Below are positions 1 to 10,169 of a DNA stretch of 64,000 nt, piece by piece. The position numbers were made by a program, and so were the translations under genes. The notes beneath the pieces are model-generated. The model did not search any database. It was not told where the DNA came from and worked only from the letters and a program-made list of their open reading frames with translations. The stretch comes from an uncultured Smithella sp. (lineage in GTDB: Bacteria > Desulfobacterota > Syntrophia > Syntrophales > Smithellaceae): NCBI GenBank assembly GCA_964469905.1, contig CAYXZW010000012.1:2060-66059 (forward strand), read 5' to 3'. How positions within the stretch are numbered: the first letter of the stretch is position 1; every line of letters begins with the position of its first letter.

Positions 1-963
1 AAAAATGTACGTGATACAGTTCTGGGTATCGGTTATCGTGATTCTGCTCTCGGGCTTAACGGGAGTTCTATGGGAATACTCAATACCATAATTCCCCAAT
101 CGCCGGATATCAATATAGGTACCAGAGAAGATTTAGGCAAACATAAGGAAATCGGAGCAGGTGACCAGGGAATTATCTATGGGTTTGCCTGTGATGAAAC
201 TCCCGAACTATTGCCGCTGACGTATGTATTAGTCAACAAAATGATGCGTGCCTTCGAAAATTGCGGCAACCCTGTTTTTGCTCCGGATGGAAAAGGGCAG
301 GTTACCGTGGATTATGATGCCGACTTTCGTCCCGGTCGGGTGGCCACTGTGCTGATGTCTAATGCCATTGACTACCGCCAGGTTCCGGAAAAATTCCGCT
401 CCGCGGTTGAAGATCAGGCCCGGCAAATTGCCATGGATTGCCTGGCCGATTGGGTAGATGAAAAAACAAAATTTTTATTCAACCCCACGGGTGAATGGAA
501 TGCAGTTAATTCCTGTTCGGCCGCCGATTCCGGCGTTACCGGCCGTAAATTAGTCGTACAGCTCTATGGCGGATATCCCGGTGCCCAGCTTGGTGGCGGC
601 GCCATCGTCAATAAATCACCGGAAAAAGTAGATTGCTCTGCTGCTTTCGGTGCCCGGTATGTGGCTAAAAATATTGTTGCCGCCGGTCTGGCCACAAAAT
701 GCTCCGTGCAGTTGGCTTATGCCATTGGCATGGCCCAGCCTATCTCAATATACATCAATACTTTTGGCACGGGCATAATGCCGGATGAAAAAATTGCTTC
801 GGTTGTCAATAGCGTATTTGATTTGACTCCGGCGGGAATGATTGCAAAATTCGATCTTCTCCGGGGTGATATCTATAAAAAACTGCCCAAAACATTATTT
901 CTGGATAAAAATTATCTCTGGGAAAAAACAGATAAAGTGGATATTTTAAAAAAAGAATTATAG
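1..963 (+). CDS. metK: S-adenosylmethionine synthetase, 5' end cut by window edge
   Basis: Frame 1 is open from nt 1, upstream of the listed ORF start at 70. The translation carries MetK blocks VRDTVLGIGY, QSPDINIG, GAGDQGIIYGFA, TGRKLVV, GGGA..NKSPEKVD.SAAF and ARYVAKNIVAAGLA. Confidence 0.9.
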   Translation, partial: KNVRDTVLGIGYRDSALGLNGSSMGILNTIIPQSPDINIGTREDLGKHKEIGAGDQGIIYGFACDETPELLPLTYVLVNKMMRAFENCGNPVFAPDGKGQVTVDYDADFRPGRVATVLMSNAIDYRQVPEKFRSAVEDQARQIAMDCLADWVDEKTKFLFNPTGEWNAVNSCSAADSGVTGRKLVVQLYGGYPGAQLGGGAIVNKSPEKVDCSAAFGARYVAKNIVAAGLATKCSVQLAYAIGMAQPISIYINTFGTGIMPDEKIASVVNSVFDLTPAGMIAKFDLLRGDIYKKLPKTLFLDKNYLWEKTDKVDILKKEL

Positions 964-1010
964 TAGTACCGATCAAATAAAATTCAGACATTATATACAT
1001 GGAGGGTTAA

Positions 1011-2435
1011 ATGGCTTTTGCAGAAATTGACAAATCTTTAAAATATAAAGTTGCCGATATTTCATTGGCACCATGGGGCCGCAAGGAACTGCAACTGGCG
1101 GAAAACGAAATGCCCGGCCTGATGGCTTTGCGGAAAAAATACGGCCGCAAGAAGCCGCTCAAAGGTTTAAAAATAATGGGCAGCCTGCATATGACCATTC
1201 AAACGGCCATGTTGATCGAAACGCTCAAAGAATTGGGTGCTGATCTGCGGTGGGCATCATGCAATATTTTCTCTACTCAGGATCATGCGGCGGCGGCCAT
1301 TGCTAAGTCAGGATCAGCGGCCGTATTCGCCTGGAAAGGCGAAACGCTGGAGGATTACTGGTGGTGCACGGAGCAGGCGCTGACCTGGCCCGATGGTTCC
1401 GGTCCCGATTTGATTGTCGACGACGGCGGAGATGCCACCTTATTCATCCATCATGGAGTAAAAATCGAGAAGAATCCAAAAATACTCAAAGAGAAAATCG
1501 ATAATAAAGAATTTAAAATTGTTGTTTCCCGTCTGGAACAATCCTTCAAACGCGATCCGCAACGCTGGCAAAGAGTAGCGGCCAAAATTCGCGGCGTGTC
1601 TGAAGAAACGACAACCGGCGTCCATCGCCTCTACCAGATGCAGGCTGCCGGCGAGTTGCTGTTCCCGGCCATCAACGTGAATGATTCCGTTACCAAGTCG
1701 AAGTTTGATAATCTTTACGGCTGCCGTGAATCTCTCGTCGATGGTATTAAAAGAGCAACGGATGTCATGGTTGCCGGCAAGGTTGCGGTTGTTTGTGGTT
1801 ACGGTGATGTCGGCAAGGGCAGCGCTCAATCCCTGCGTGGACTTGGTGCTCGTGTAATCATAACGGAAATCGATCCGATTTGCGCGCTGCAGGCGGCAAT
1901 GGAAGGATATGAAGTAAAATCACTCGATGAAGTGGCGCCGCTGGGTGATATATTCGTCAGTGCGACCGGTTGCTGTGATGTCATTACCGGCAAACACATG
2001 GAAATGATGAAGGATGAAGCTATTATCTGCAACATCGGACATTTTGACAGCGAAATAGATATGCGCTATCTGGAAACAAGCAATATCTGCAAAAAACAGA
2101 ATATTAAGCCGCAAGTGGACAAATGGACGCTGAAGTCGGGCCGTTCGATAATCGTTCTGGCGGAAGGCCGCCTGGTGAATCTGGGCTGTGCCACCGGTCA
2201 TCCCAGCTTTGTCATGAGCAACAGTTTCACTAATCAATGTCTGGCGCAGATTGATTTGGCCACTAGTAAATACAAGGTTGGAGTTTATACCTTATCCAAG
2301 AAATTAGATGAGGAAGTGGCGCGTTTGCATCTGGACAGATTGGGCGCAGGTCTTTCCAAGTTGACTAAAAAGCAAGCAGAATATCTGAATGTTTCCGTAG
2401 ATGGTCCTTATAAGCCGGAATATTACAGATACTAA
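1011..2435 (+). CDS. ahcY: Adenosylhomocysteinase (S-adenosyl-L-homocysteine hydrolase)
   Basis: 474 aa. N-terminus [30 protein letters not shown]; NAD-binding block [36 protein letters not shown]; C-terminal [15 protein letters not shown] lies just upstream of the ATG. Confidence 0.95.
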   Translation: MAFAEIDKSLKYKVADISLAPWGRKELQLAENEMPGLMALRKKYGRKKPLKGLKIMGSLHMTIQTAMLIETLKELGADLRWASCNIFSTQDHAAAAIAKSGSAAVFAWKGETLEDYWWCTEQALTWPDGSGPDLIVDDGGDATLFIHHGVKIEKNPKILKEKIDNKEFKIVVSRLEQSFKRDPQRWQRVAAKIRGVSEETTTGVHRLYQMQAAGELLFPAINVNDSVTKSKFDNLYGCRESLVDGIKRATDVMVAGKVAVVCGYGDVGKGSAQSLRGLGARVIITEIDPICALQAAMEGYEVKSLDEVAPLGDIFVSATGCCDVITGKHMEMMKDEAIICNIGHFDSEIDMRYLETSNICKKQNIKPQVDKWTLKSGRSIIVLAEGRLVNLGCATGHPSFVMSNSFTNQCLAQIDLATSKYKVGVYTLSKKLDEEVARLHLDRLGAGLSKLTKKQAEYLNVSVDGPYKPEYYRY

Positions 2436-2460
2436 ATTGAAAGGTTTTGTTTTGGGAATA

Positions 2461-2501
2461 ACAGCCAACAGGTGTATAGAGCCTGTTGGCTGTTTTTATT
2501 T
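2461..2501 (+). terminator. Rho-independent terminator after ahcY
   Basis: 12-bp perfect stem ACAGCCAACAGG (2461-2472) / CCTGTTGGCTGT (2482-2493), 9-nt loop, followed by TTTTATTT. Confidence 0.85.
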
Positions 2502-2958
2502 GCGCACACTGCCCGTCTGTGATTCCGCGAAAGTGAAGCGTATCGATATACGCCAGCGCCGCGGCACCACGGTTGTGAGCGGCGTTTCCTGAAAGTCCAG
2601 GATGATTGATTTGATTGTCTCTATCATTATTGTCCCGCAGGGTAATAATATGCCCAGTATCAGTTGGTAGTATCAAGCGAAATATCCTGACCCTAGTTTC
2701 ACGTTGACATCGATTGTGCCAGAGGTTATGATTAGTTAACCAGAAAATAGTGCTGCCGCGAATCAATGCTATTTACTGAAAAATACTAAGAAATGTAAAA
2801 AAAACATCCCGAAGTCCGGATTGATGTATAGCCTAAGGACACCACCGGTCTGTAATCATTATGGATCAAAGGATAATTTTTAATAATATTAACAGTAATA
2901 TTATTGTTTGATGGGGCTTTTCAATACTTTTATTTTTTCCAAAGAGTGATGACAAAAA

Positions 2959-4170
2959 ATGCTTAAAGGTAAAAAAATTGTTCTGGGAGTGACTGGTGGT
3001 ATTGCCGTTTATAAAGCGGCAGAACTGACACGGGCGCTGATCAAAGAAGGAGCACAAGTAAAAGTAATCATGACTAAAAGTGCCCAGGAATTCGCTTCTC
3101 CTCTGACTTTTCAGACTCTTTCGGGCGATATGGTATATACCGACATGTTCGTTCCTACGGCTAAATACGATATGGCGCACATATCACTGGCCGAATATGC
3201 GGATGTATTTATTATTGCGCCGGCAACAGGAAATGTCATTGGTAAGATAGCATCGGGTATTGCTGATGATTTGCTCACTACTACTATAATGGCTACCGAC
3301 AGGCCTGTGCTGATTTGTCCGGCAATGAATGATAAAATGCTGGCTAATAAGGCAGTTCAGGAAAATATACATAAATTGAAGAAGTATGGCTATGAAGTAA
3401 TGGATAGCGCTTTCGGCGAATTAGCCTGCAAGACATCCGGTTCCGGGCGGTTGCCCGAAACTTCTGATATAGTGGAAGCAGTTGCAGCGCTGATAACCCC
3501 CAAAGATTTAACCGGCGAAAGAATTCTTGTTACCGCCGGACCAACGGAAGAACCATTGGACCCGGTGCGATTTATCACAAATTTATCCTCGGGGAAGATG
3601 GGTTATGCTCTGGCCAGAGTTGCCAGCCGGCGCGGTGCCAAGGTTACTTTAATTACCGGTCCGACGAATCTGTCCCTGCCGCCGGTGGATAAAATTGTGC
3701 ATATTCGCACGGCGCGGGAAATGTATGAAGCGGTATTGCAGCACTACAAGAAATCGTCAATCATAATAAAAGCTGCTGCTGTTGCTGACTATCGGCCCGC
3801 TACAGAGGCTGCGGAAAAAATAAAAAAGAATGGCCAGCCATTATCATTAATGCTGGACAGAAATCCGGATATAATCTCTGAGATCGGGAAGAGCAAGGGA
3901 AGACGTATTCTGGTTGGGTTTGCTATGGAAACACAGAATCTGCTGGCCAATGCCCGGGACAAACTAAAAAGAAAAAAATTGGATTTCATAGTGGCGAACA
4001 GTTTACGTGATGAAGGCGCCGGTTTCCAGACTGATACTAATATTATTACGATTATTGACAGAGGCGGCAATGTCGAAGCACTGCCGATAATGACAAAAAT
4101 CGATGCGGCAGCAAAGATTCTGGACCGCATTAAGGATACAATTCACCAGAAAAGCAAAAGTAAAAAGTAA
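2959..4170 (+). CDS. coaBC: Bifunctional phosphopantothenoylcysteine decarboxylase / phosphopantothenate-cysteine ligase
   Basis: 403 aa. Flavoprotein N-domain KKIVLGVTGGIAVYKAAEL..L; C-terminal CoaB-like domain ITNLSSGKMGYALA and AAAVADYRP. Confidence 0.93.
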   Translation: MLKGKKIVLGVTGGIAVYKAAELTRALIKEGAQVKVIMTKSAQEFASPLTFQTLSGDMVYTDMFVPTAKYDMAHISLAEYADVFIIAPATGNVIGKIASGIADDLLTTTIMATDRPVLICPAMNDKMLANKAVQENIHKLKKYGYEVMDSAFGELACKTSGSGRLPETSDIVEAVAALITPKDLTGERILVTAGPTEEPLDPVRFITNLSSGKMGYALARVASRRGAKVTLITGPTNLSLPPVDKIVHIRTAREMYEAVLQHYKKSSIIIKAAAVADYRPATEAAEKIKKNGQPLSLMLDRNPDIISEIGKSKGRRILVGFAMETQNLLANARDKLKRKKLDFIVANSLRDEGAGFQTDTNIITIIDRGGNVEALPIMTKIDAAAKILDRIKDTIHQKSKSKK

Positions 4171-4889
4171 TGGCCGAAATTTTATCTGAATCATCTCAGC
4201 GTCTATTGCGGGCAGAATTGCTTTCAACAGTAAAAGCACTCAAAGGCCATGTGACTGATCAAGATAAATATGCTGTGGGCATGGAATGGAAAAAAGTAGA
4301 TACAGTGCAGAAAAAAATCAGCGTAAATGACCGAAAGAAGAAATTAGACCTGGATGAGATTTGCTCAAATATGTCCGGCTGCCGGCTTTGCCCGCTGAGC
4401 ACAACGAGACAAAATATTGTTTTTGGAGATGGCAATCCTCAGGCAAAAATTGTTTTTGTGGGAGAAGCTCCGGGGGCAGATGAAGATGAGCAAGGGCTGC
4501 CGTTTGTCGGCCGGGCAGGCCAGCTATTGACTAAAATAATTGAAGCAATGGGGTTGAGCCGCAAGGATGTTTATATCTGCAACATACTTAAATGCCGACC
4601 ACCGCAAAATCGTAATCCACTGCCGGCAGAAATTGCAGCTTGTGAGCCTTTTTTGCAAGAGCAGTTAAAAAGTATTTCTCCGCAGATAATCTGTGCTTTA
4701 GGAACTTTTGCCGCGCAAACTCTGCTGAGAACAGATGTGCCGATTAGTGTCTTACGTGGCCGTTTTCATACATATGAGGGAATAAAGTTAATGCCGACAT
4801 ATCACCCCGCCTATTTATTACGAAATCCCTCAGCAAAGAAGAATGTGTGGGAAGATGTGCAGCTGATTATGAAAGATCTGCAGAAATAA
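4170..4889 (+). CDS. Uracil-DNA glycosylase, family 4 (Fe-S type)
   Basis: Motif [24 protein letters not shown], motif [12 protein letters not shown]-terminal Cys cluster [12 protein letters not shown]. The ATG overlaps the coaBC stop (TAATG). Confidence 0.9.
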   Translation: MAEILSESSQRLLRAELLSTVKALKGHVTDQDKYAVGMEWKKVDTVQKKISVNDRKKKLDLDEICSNMSGCRLCPLSTTRQNIVFGDGNPQAKIVFVGEAPGADEDEQGLPFVGRAGQLLTKIIEAMGLSRKDVYICNILKCRPPQNRNPLPAEIAACEPFLQEQLKSISPQIICALGTFAAQTLLRTDVPISVLRGRFHTYEGIKLMPTYHPAYLLRNPSAKKNVWEDVQLIMKDLQK

Positions 4890-4919
4890 TATTTCGTGCA
4901 GTCAAAAGAAGAGGTGAAA

Positions 4920-6224
4920 ATGTATAAAAAAATTATCTGCATTTTGATAATGATTTTATCAGTAAACGGTGTTGGGTCTTTTGCCGGAGAGAAAAAACCG
5001 GTATTCAATATGATCAGCATTGATGGTGTCATAACCTCACCAACAGCAAAGTATGTTGCAATAAGTATTGAAGAAGCCAATAAGGAAGGAGCGGAAGGTC
5101 TGATAGTTCTGCTCGATACTCCCGGAGGCATGGATACCGCAATGCGTGATATCGCTAAAAGTATTCTTAATGCCCCTCTGCCGGTAATAGTGTTTGTTTA
5201 TCCTTCCGGTGCCCGTGCCGCTTCGGCCGGCGTTATTGTTACCACGGCGGCACACATAGCGGCAATGGCTCCCGGTACCAATATCGGAGCAGCTCATCCT
5301 GTAGCTATCGGTATTGGCGGCGGGCAGATGGATAAAACCATGTCGAAGAAGATGGAAAACGATGCGGCAGCATATGTCCGCAGTATTGCCAAATCTAAAG
5401 GACGCTCTGAAGAATGGGTCGAAAAAGCAGTACGCAAGAGTGAATCAATTACGGCCGAAGAAGCTTTGAAGTTAAATGTTATTGATTATGTAGTTACCGA
5501 TGTTGAAAAGCTTTTGATGGCAATAGACCAAAAAGAAATAAAATTGTCCGGCGGGACAAAAAAAATTTCGACAAAGAATGCGGTAATTAACAATAAAAAA
5601 ATGGGAACGCGTCAGGGCATACTTGCGGCGATTTCTGATCCCAACATTTCCTATCTCCTTTTGCTAATCGGCCTGGCGGGATTATACTTTGAACTGTCTA
5701 CACCAGGAGCCATATTGCCGGGAGTGATTGGCGGAATATCACTCTTGCTGGCTTTTTTCGGCTTGTCCACATTACCGGTTAATTACACAGGGATATTGCT
5801 GATAATCTTCGGTGTGATTTTGTTTATTGCCGAGATAAAAGTAATGAGTCACGGCATGCTCACTGTGGGAGGTGTAATTTCATTAATTATGGGATCGCTC
5901 CTTTTGTATGACACAACCGACCCGGCCTTGCGGATTTCATTGCAGGTATTAATACCGGCGGTCGTGGTGGCTTCAGGATTCTTCATAGTTGTTATCTGGC
6001 TGGCAATAAAGGCGCAATTAAGTAAACATTTCTCCGGCGCGGAGGCAATGATTAATGCCGAGGCGGAAGCCCTGACCGACATATTAGGCGAAGGAGAAGT
6101 GTTTCTAAATGGAGAATACTGGAAGGCGACAAGTAATACCCCCATAAAGAAAGGGGCAAAAGTAAGAGTTCTCAAGATCGAAGGTCTCAAATTAAGCGTA
6201 GAAGAAATAACAAAAGAACAATAA
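4920..6224 (+). CDS. NfeD-family membrane-bound ClpP-class serine protease
   Basis: N-terminal signal/TM segment, ClpP-like block LDTPGGMDTAMRDIAKSI...PSGARAASAGV, multi-TM middle region, C-terminal NfeD OB domain. Start moved from GTG 4896 to ATG 4920, which follows GAGGTG. Sits upstream of an SPFH gene, the classic pairing. Confidence 0.85.
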   Translation: MYKKIICILIMILSVNGVGSFAGEKKPVFNMISIDGVITSPTAKYVAISIEEANKEGAEGLIVLLDTPGGMDTAMRDIAKSILNAPLPVIVFVYPSGARAASAGVIVTTAAHIAAMAPGTNIGAAHPVAIGIGGGQMDKTMSKKMENDAAAYVRSIAKSKGRSEEWVEKAVRKSESITAEEALKLNVIDYVVTDVEKLLMAIDQKEIKLSGGTKKISTKNAVINNKKMGTRQGILAAISDPNISYLLLLIGLAGLYFELSTPGAILPGVIGGISLLLAFFGLSTLPVNYTGILLIIFGVILFIAEIKVMSHGMLTVGGVISLIMGSLLLYDTTDPALRISLQVLIPAVVVASGFFIVVIWLAIKAQLSKHFSGAEAMINAEAEALTDILGEGEVFLNGEYWKATSNTPIKKGAKVRVLKIEGLKLSVEEITKEQ

Positions 6225-6251
6225 TTTATAAGTAATAAGGAGGAAGACAAA

Positions 6252-7016
6252 ATGATTGGAACATTTTCTTTATCGACAATTGTGCTGATTGTGCTGGTGG
6301 TTATGTTTTTGGCTTCTGCCATACGTATTATGAATGAATACGAAAGGGCGGTTGTTTTTCGTTTGGGAAGAATACGCGATGTCAAGGGACCAGGGTTGAT
6401 TATAATTATTCCCGGGATTGATAAAGTAGTAAAAGTGGACATGCGCACAATAACTTTGGATGTTCCTCCCCAGGATGTTATAACGAAAGATAACGTATCC
6501 ATCAAAGTAAGCGCTGTTGTTTATTTCCGTGTAATGGCTGCCAATGCGGCAGTAACTAATGTTGAAAACTATCTCTATGCAACATCCCAGCTGGCCCAGA
6601 CTACGCTGCGGAGTGTTTGCGGGCAGATGGAATTAGATGAAATCCTTTCCGAGAGAGAAAAAATTAATATGCATCTGCAGGAAATTCTGGATCGGAGCAC
6701 CGAACCATGGGGCATCAAAATATCGCTGGTCGAAGTAAAGCATATCGATTTGCCCGAAGAGATGAAACGTTCGATGGCCAAACAGGCTGAGGCGGAAAGA
6801 GAGAGAAGGGCTAAGGTAATCAATGCCGAAGGTGAATACCAGGCAGCACAGAAATTGATAGATGCGGCACAATTGATGGAAACACAACCAATGTCTCTGC
6901 AGTTGCGCTATCTTCAGACTTTAAATCAGATTGCTGCGGAAAATAATTCGACAATCGTATTTCCCATTCCGATTGATTTATTCAAACCACTTATAAAAAT
7001 GGCGGAAAAAGGATAA
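6252..7016 (+). CDS. SPFH/band-7 (stomatin-like, slipin) membrane protein
   Basis: N-terminal TM segment, then [31 protein letters not shown] and the coiled [17 protein letters not shown] block typical of stomatin/QmcA-like proteins. AAGGAGG upstream. Confidence 0.92.
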   Translation: MIGTFSLSTIVLIVLVVMFLASAIRIMNEYERAVVFRLGRIRDVKGPGLIIIIPGIDKVVKVDMRTITLDVPPQDVITKDNVSIKVSAVVYFRVMAANAAVTNVENYLYATSQLAQTTLRSVCGQMELDEILSEREKINMHLQEILDRSTEPWGIKISLVEVKHIDLPEEMKRSMAKQAEAERERRAKVINAEGEYQAAQKLIDAAQLMETQPMSLQLRYLQTLNQIAAENNSTIVFPIPIDLFKPLIKMAEKG

Positions 7017-7026
7017 TAATTAAAGA

Positions 7027-7060
7027 GGCGGCATATAAAAACTGCCGCCAAGTATATTTC
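7027..7060 (+). terminator. Candidate terminator/attenuator after the SPFH gene
   Basis: 7-bp GC-rich stem GGCGGCA (7027-7033) / TGCCGCC (7043-7049). The downstream T tract is weak (AAGTATATTTC). Confidence 0.4.
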
Positions 7061-7076
7061 AGGAGGAGAAGGTTTT

Positions 7077-7388
7077 ATGCCACATGAAAAACGCAACATT
7101 ATAACCGGCGGTATGATATTAATCACCCTGGGAGTATTGATTTATCTGAGCAAAGCAGGAGTTTATTCTTTTGGGCAAACATGGCCGGTACTTATTATTG
7201 TTATCGGAGTATGCACTATTGTTCAAAGAGTTAAGGATTTCGGAGGATGGTTTATAACAGTGGCGGGTGGAGTTTTCCTTGCTAATGAATATTTCGGTAT
7301 TGAGCTTTCCAGATATTCCCAATATATATTGCCGGCAATTCTTATTTTGCTGGGAATATTTGTTTTATTAAGACGTCGCAAACACTGA
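7077..7388 (+). CDS. Small 4-TM membrane protein, LiaI/LiaF-like TM (DUF5668-like)
   Basis: 103 aa, repeated hydrophobic segments with WP..I..IG spacing, basic C-terminus RRRKH. AGGAGGAG SD upstream. Confidence 0.65.
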   Translation: MPHEKRNIITGGMILITLGVLIYLSKAGVYSFGQTWPVLIIVIGVCTIVQRVKDFGGWFITVAGGVFLANEYFGIELSRYSQYILPAILILLGIFVLLRRRKH

Positions 7389-7416
7389 CAGAGTTTAATA
7401 TCGGTGAAAAGCTGTC

Positions 7417-7456
7417 ATATCTCGTCCGCTGGATGCGGATGAGATATTTTATTTTC
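7417..7456 (+). terminator. Rho-independent terminator after the nfeD-SPFH-membrane protein operon
   Basis: 13-bp stem ATATCTCGTCCGC (7417-7429) / GCGGATGAGATAT (7435-7447) with one G-U pair, 5-nt loop, then TTTTATTTT. Confidence 0.85.
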
Positions 7457-7463
7457 TGAGATT

Positions 7464-8117
7464 ATGAATAAAAAAAAGATTCTTATACTTGCCGATTTTG
7501 ACGGTACCATCTCCATGGTAGACTTGGGCAATCAGCTCATTAATAGGTTCGCCACGGCCAGCTTGGATGATATTGAGAGAGCTTATGTTAAAGGAAAAAT
7601 CGGATCCCGGATTGCATATGAAAGAATTGCTCAACGACTGAAGGGCAGCCGGGAAAAAATGCTTGAGCATATTCTGGCAATCGAACGGCTTGACCCTTAT
7701 TTTCCGGAATTCTGTTCTTTAATCAGGAATAAAAAAATTGATGTAAAAATAGTATCTGATGGTTTGGATTTTTATATCGAAGCCGTCCTGAAAAAACACA
7801 ACCTTACCGGCCTGGAATATTATTCTAACGAGGCGATCTTTCGTCCGGATAGTTCTTTTTCCATAGAATTTCCCAGTATGAATGATTTCTGCGGGCGTTG
7901 TGGCACCTGCAAGAGCAGGATTCTTAATTCCAATCGACTGATTTATGATAGAATTATTTATATCGGAGACGGCTATTCTGATTTCTGTCCTTCGAGGCAT
8001 GCGGATGTGGTATTTGCCAAGAAAATTCTCCATCAACGCTGCCAGCAGGAAGGTACGCCGTGTATACTCTTTGAAGACTTCAGAGAAATTAATCTTTATC
8101 TTAAAGAAAATTATTAA
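7464..8117 (+). CDS. HAD-superfamily phosphatase, MtnX-like (subfamily IB)
   Basis: DxDGT motif ILADFDGTIS, VSDGLDFYI, Cys cluster FCGRCGTCK, IGDGYSD. This block order matches B. subtilis MtnX as I recall it. Confidence 0.75.
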   Translation: MNKKKILILADFDGTISMVDLGNQLINRFATASLDDIERAYVKGKIGSRIAYERIAQRLKGSREKMLEHILAIERLDPYFPEFCSLIRNKKIDVKIVSDGLDFYIEAVLKKHNLTGLEYYSNEAIFRPDSSFSIEFPSMNDFCGRCGTCKSRILNSNRLIYDRIIYIGDGYSDFCPSRHADVVFAKKILHQRCQQEGTPCILFEDFREINLYLKENY

Positions 8118-8135
8118 AAATTAGAGGTGTGTTTT

Positions 8136-9317
8136 ATGTCCATTTCCCGAAAAATCAAAGCATCCATTACACAATCTTCCATGATAAGAAAAATGTTCGA
8201 AGAGGGAATTACCCTGAAAAAAAAATATGGTGCGGATAAAGTCTATGATTTCAGTCTGGGAAATCCCAATGTGGAGCAGCCGGAAGAATTCAGGCGTGAG
8301 TTGATTAATCTGGCCTCAGAGAAGATACCAATGAAGCATGGATATACGCCCAATGCCGGATATCCCGAAACACGGCAGGCTATTGCCGCAAAGATCAGCA
8401 AAACAGCCGGACTAAAAATGCCGGAAGATCACGTGATCATGTCCTGTGGGGCGGGTGGCGCTTTGAACGTCATCTTGAAGGCGCTTCTCGATCCGGATGA
8501 TGAAGTCATAGTTCTTAAGCCTTTTTTTGTGGAATATCCTTTCTACATCGAAAACTTCGGCGGAGTCGTGAAATATGCACCCACCCGGGCTGATTTTTCT
8601 CTTGATATTGATGCCATTGAGAAGGCAATCGATGATAAGACTAAGGCAATCATTATCAACTCACCGAATAACCCGACCGGTAAAGTATACAGTGAAAAAG
8701 AGATTACGGCTTTATCCGGAATGCTTCATGAGAAGGGAAGGGGACTGGGAAAAGTAATTTATCTGATCTCCGATGAGCCGTATGCGGAAATCGTGTTTGA
8801 TGGTGTCACTGTGCCCAGCGTTTTGAAGGCTTATCCCAATAGCATTGTTGCCTATTCTTATTCCAAAACTTTATCTTTGCCGGGAGAAAGGATCGGCTAT
8901 ATTGCGGTTTGTCCGGCGATATCGGAACCGGGTGATTTAATCGGCGCATTGATCTTATGTACAAGAATTCTCGGTTTCGTGCATGCTCCGGCTCTGATGC
9001 AGCGGATAGTTGCCCGATTGCAGGATGTTGCCGTTGATGTAAAAGTATATCAAAATAAGCGCGATCTGCTATGTTCGGGACTTGCGGAGGCCGGTTATAA
9101 ATTTGAAAAACCGCAGGGTGCGTTTTATTTATTTGTCCAAAGTCCGATTCCTGACGATGTGGCATTTGTAAAGATGTTGCTGCAAAAAAACATTCTGGTT
9201 GTTCCCGGCAGCGGATTCGGCAGTCCCGGGTATTTCCGGATTGCCTTTTGTGTTGACGATGCGACTATCAGCAATTCTTTGGATGGTTTTGCAGCAGTAA
9301 TCAGGGAATGCCGATAG
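8136..9317 (+). CDS. Class I/II PLP-dependent aminotransferase
   Basis: SLGNPN, NSPNNPTGKVY, and the PLP-lysine block YSYSKTLSLPGERIGY. Start set at ATG 8136 (after AGAGGTG) rather than GTG 8127. Confidence 0.88.
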   Translation: MSISRKIKASITQSSMIRKMFEEGITLKKKYGADKVYDFSLGNPNVEQPEEFRRELINLASEKIPMKHGYTPNAGYPETRQAIAAKISKTAGLKMPEDHVIMSCGAGGALNVILKALLDPDDEVIVLKPFFVEYPFYIENFGGVVKYAPTRADFSLDIDAIEKAIDDKTKAIIINSPNNPTGKVYSEKEITALSGMLHEKGRGLGKVIYLISDEPYAEIVFDGVTVPSVLKAYPNSIVAYSYSKTLSLPGERIGYIAVCPAISEPGDLIGALILCTRILGFVHAPALMQRIVARLQDVAVDVKVYQNKRDLLCSGLAEAGYKFEKPQGAFYLFVQSPIPDDVAFVKMLLQKNILVVPGSGFGSPGYFRIAFCVDDATISNSLDGFAAVIRECR

Positions 9318-9359
9318 AGGAATTATCGAAAATTATATCATGCAAGGAGGAGGTTAGTC

Positions 9360-10169
9360 ATGAATGAACTGAAGAATCCTTTCAGAGTAGAAAAAGAAGG
9401 GCATATCGCCTGGTTGATTTTGGATCGGCCGGAAAAGCGCAATGCTATGGGCTTTGACTTTTATAAAGGACTGGCGGAACATTTTACCGCTTTTGATGAG
9501 GATCCGGAAGTGCGGGTCGTTGTCATGAGGGCTGAAGGGAAATCATTTACCACCGGGACGGATCTTGCCGAACTGGGGTCTTTATACAACCAGATGGATG
9601 CCGGTACTCGGGAAAGAATGCGTCTGATGATTCTGAAGGCGCAGGGTGGCATCAATCAGATTGAGAAATGCCGTAAACCGGTCATTGCCGCTGTCCATAG
9701 CCATTGTCTGGGGGGCGGAGTTGATCTCCTGTCTGCCTGCGATATCCGTATCGCCACTGCGGATGCAATATTTGGCGTCCGGGAGGTTCGGGTGGCCTTT
9801 ATTGCCGATGTCGGAACACTGCAACGGCTTCCGCACATTATCGGTCATGGGTGGTTTCGGGAATTGGCGCTGACCGGAAGGGATTTTGGTGCTGAAGAAG
9901 CCATGAAGATCGGTTTTATCACCCGGATCTGCGCTGACCGGGATGCTCTGATTGCGGAAGCAAGAAAACTGGCGCAGGAGATTGCTGCCTGTTCGCCACT
10001 GGCAGTTCAGGGAACAAAGGATGTTATTATGTACAGCCGGGATAAAGGGATTTATCCGGGTCTGGAGTACGTCGCCCAGAAGAATGCCGCGGCTATCCCC
10101 TCGGATGACATGATCGAGGCCGCGACAGCATTTTTGGAAAAGCGACAACCGGTTTTCAAAGGCAAATAA
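9360..10169 (+). CDS. Enoyl-CoA hydratase/isomerase (crotonase) family protein
   Basis: 269 aa with RPEKRNAM, FTTGTDL, and the oxyanion-hole block HSHCLGGGVDLLSACDIRIA. GGAGGAGG SD upstream. Confidence 0.88.
   Translation: MNELKNPFRVEKEGHIAWLILDRPEKRNAMGFDFYKGLAEHFTAFDEDPEVRVVVMRAEGKSFTTGTDLAELGSLYNQMDAGTRERMRLMILKAQGGINQIEKCRKPVIAAVHSHCLGGGVDLLSACDIRIATADAIFGVREVRVAFIADVGTLQRLPHIIGHGWFRELALTGRDFGAEEAMKIGFITRICADRDALIAEARKLAQEIAACSPLAVQGTKDVIMYSRDKGIYPGLEYVAQKNAAAIPSDDMIEAATAFLEKRQPVFKGK

Noticed and set aside
2591-2598. GAAAGTCC word reminiscent of the RNase P RNA P4 element (GAGGAAAGUCCGG); a similar GAAGTCCGG occurs near 2811
   Set aside because: None of the other universally conserved RNase P RNA blocks (for example ACAGAA.CCGGCUUA) is present in the 2436-2958 spacer, and the region is too AT-rich and too short to fold as RNase P RNA.
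2365-2766. 133-aa minus-strand ORF as a Uma2/DUF820 endonuclease pseudogene
   Set aside because: It overlaps the ahcY 3' end and its terminator. The resemblance is limited to a few loosely spaced residues, and I could not find the N-terminal PD...E.K motifs in any frame. Kept only as a speculative note in a finding.
5849-6505. 218-aa minus-strand ORF
   Set aside because: It spans the nfeD/SPFH junction antisense to two motif-supported genes. The Ser/Thr/Ile-rich translation has no recognisable domain.
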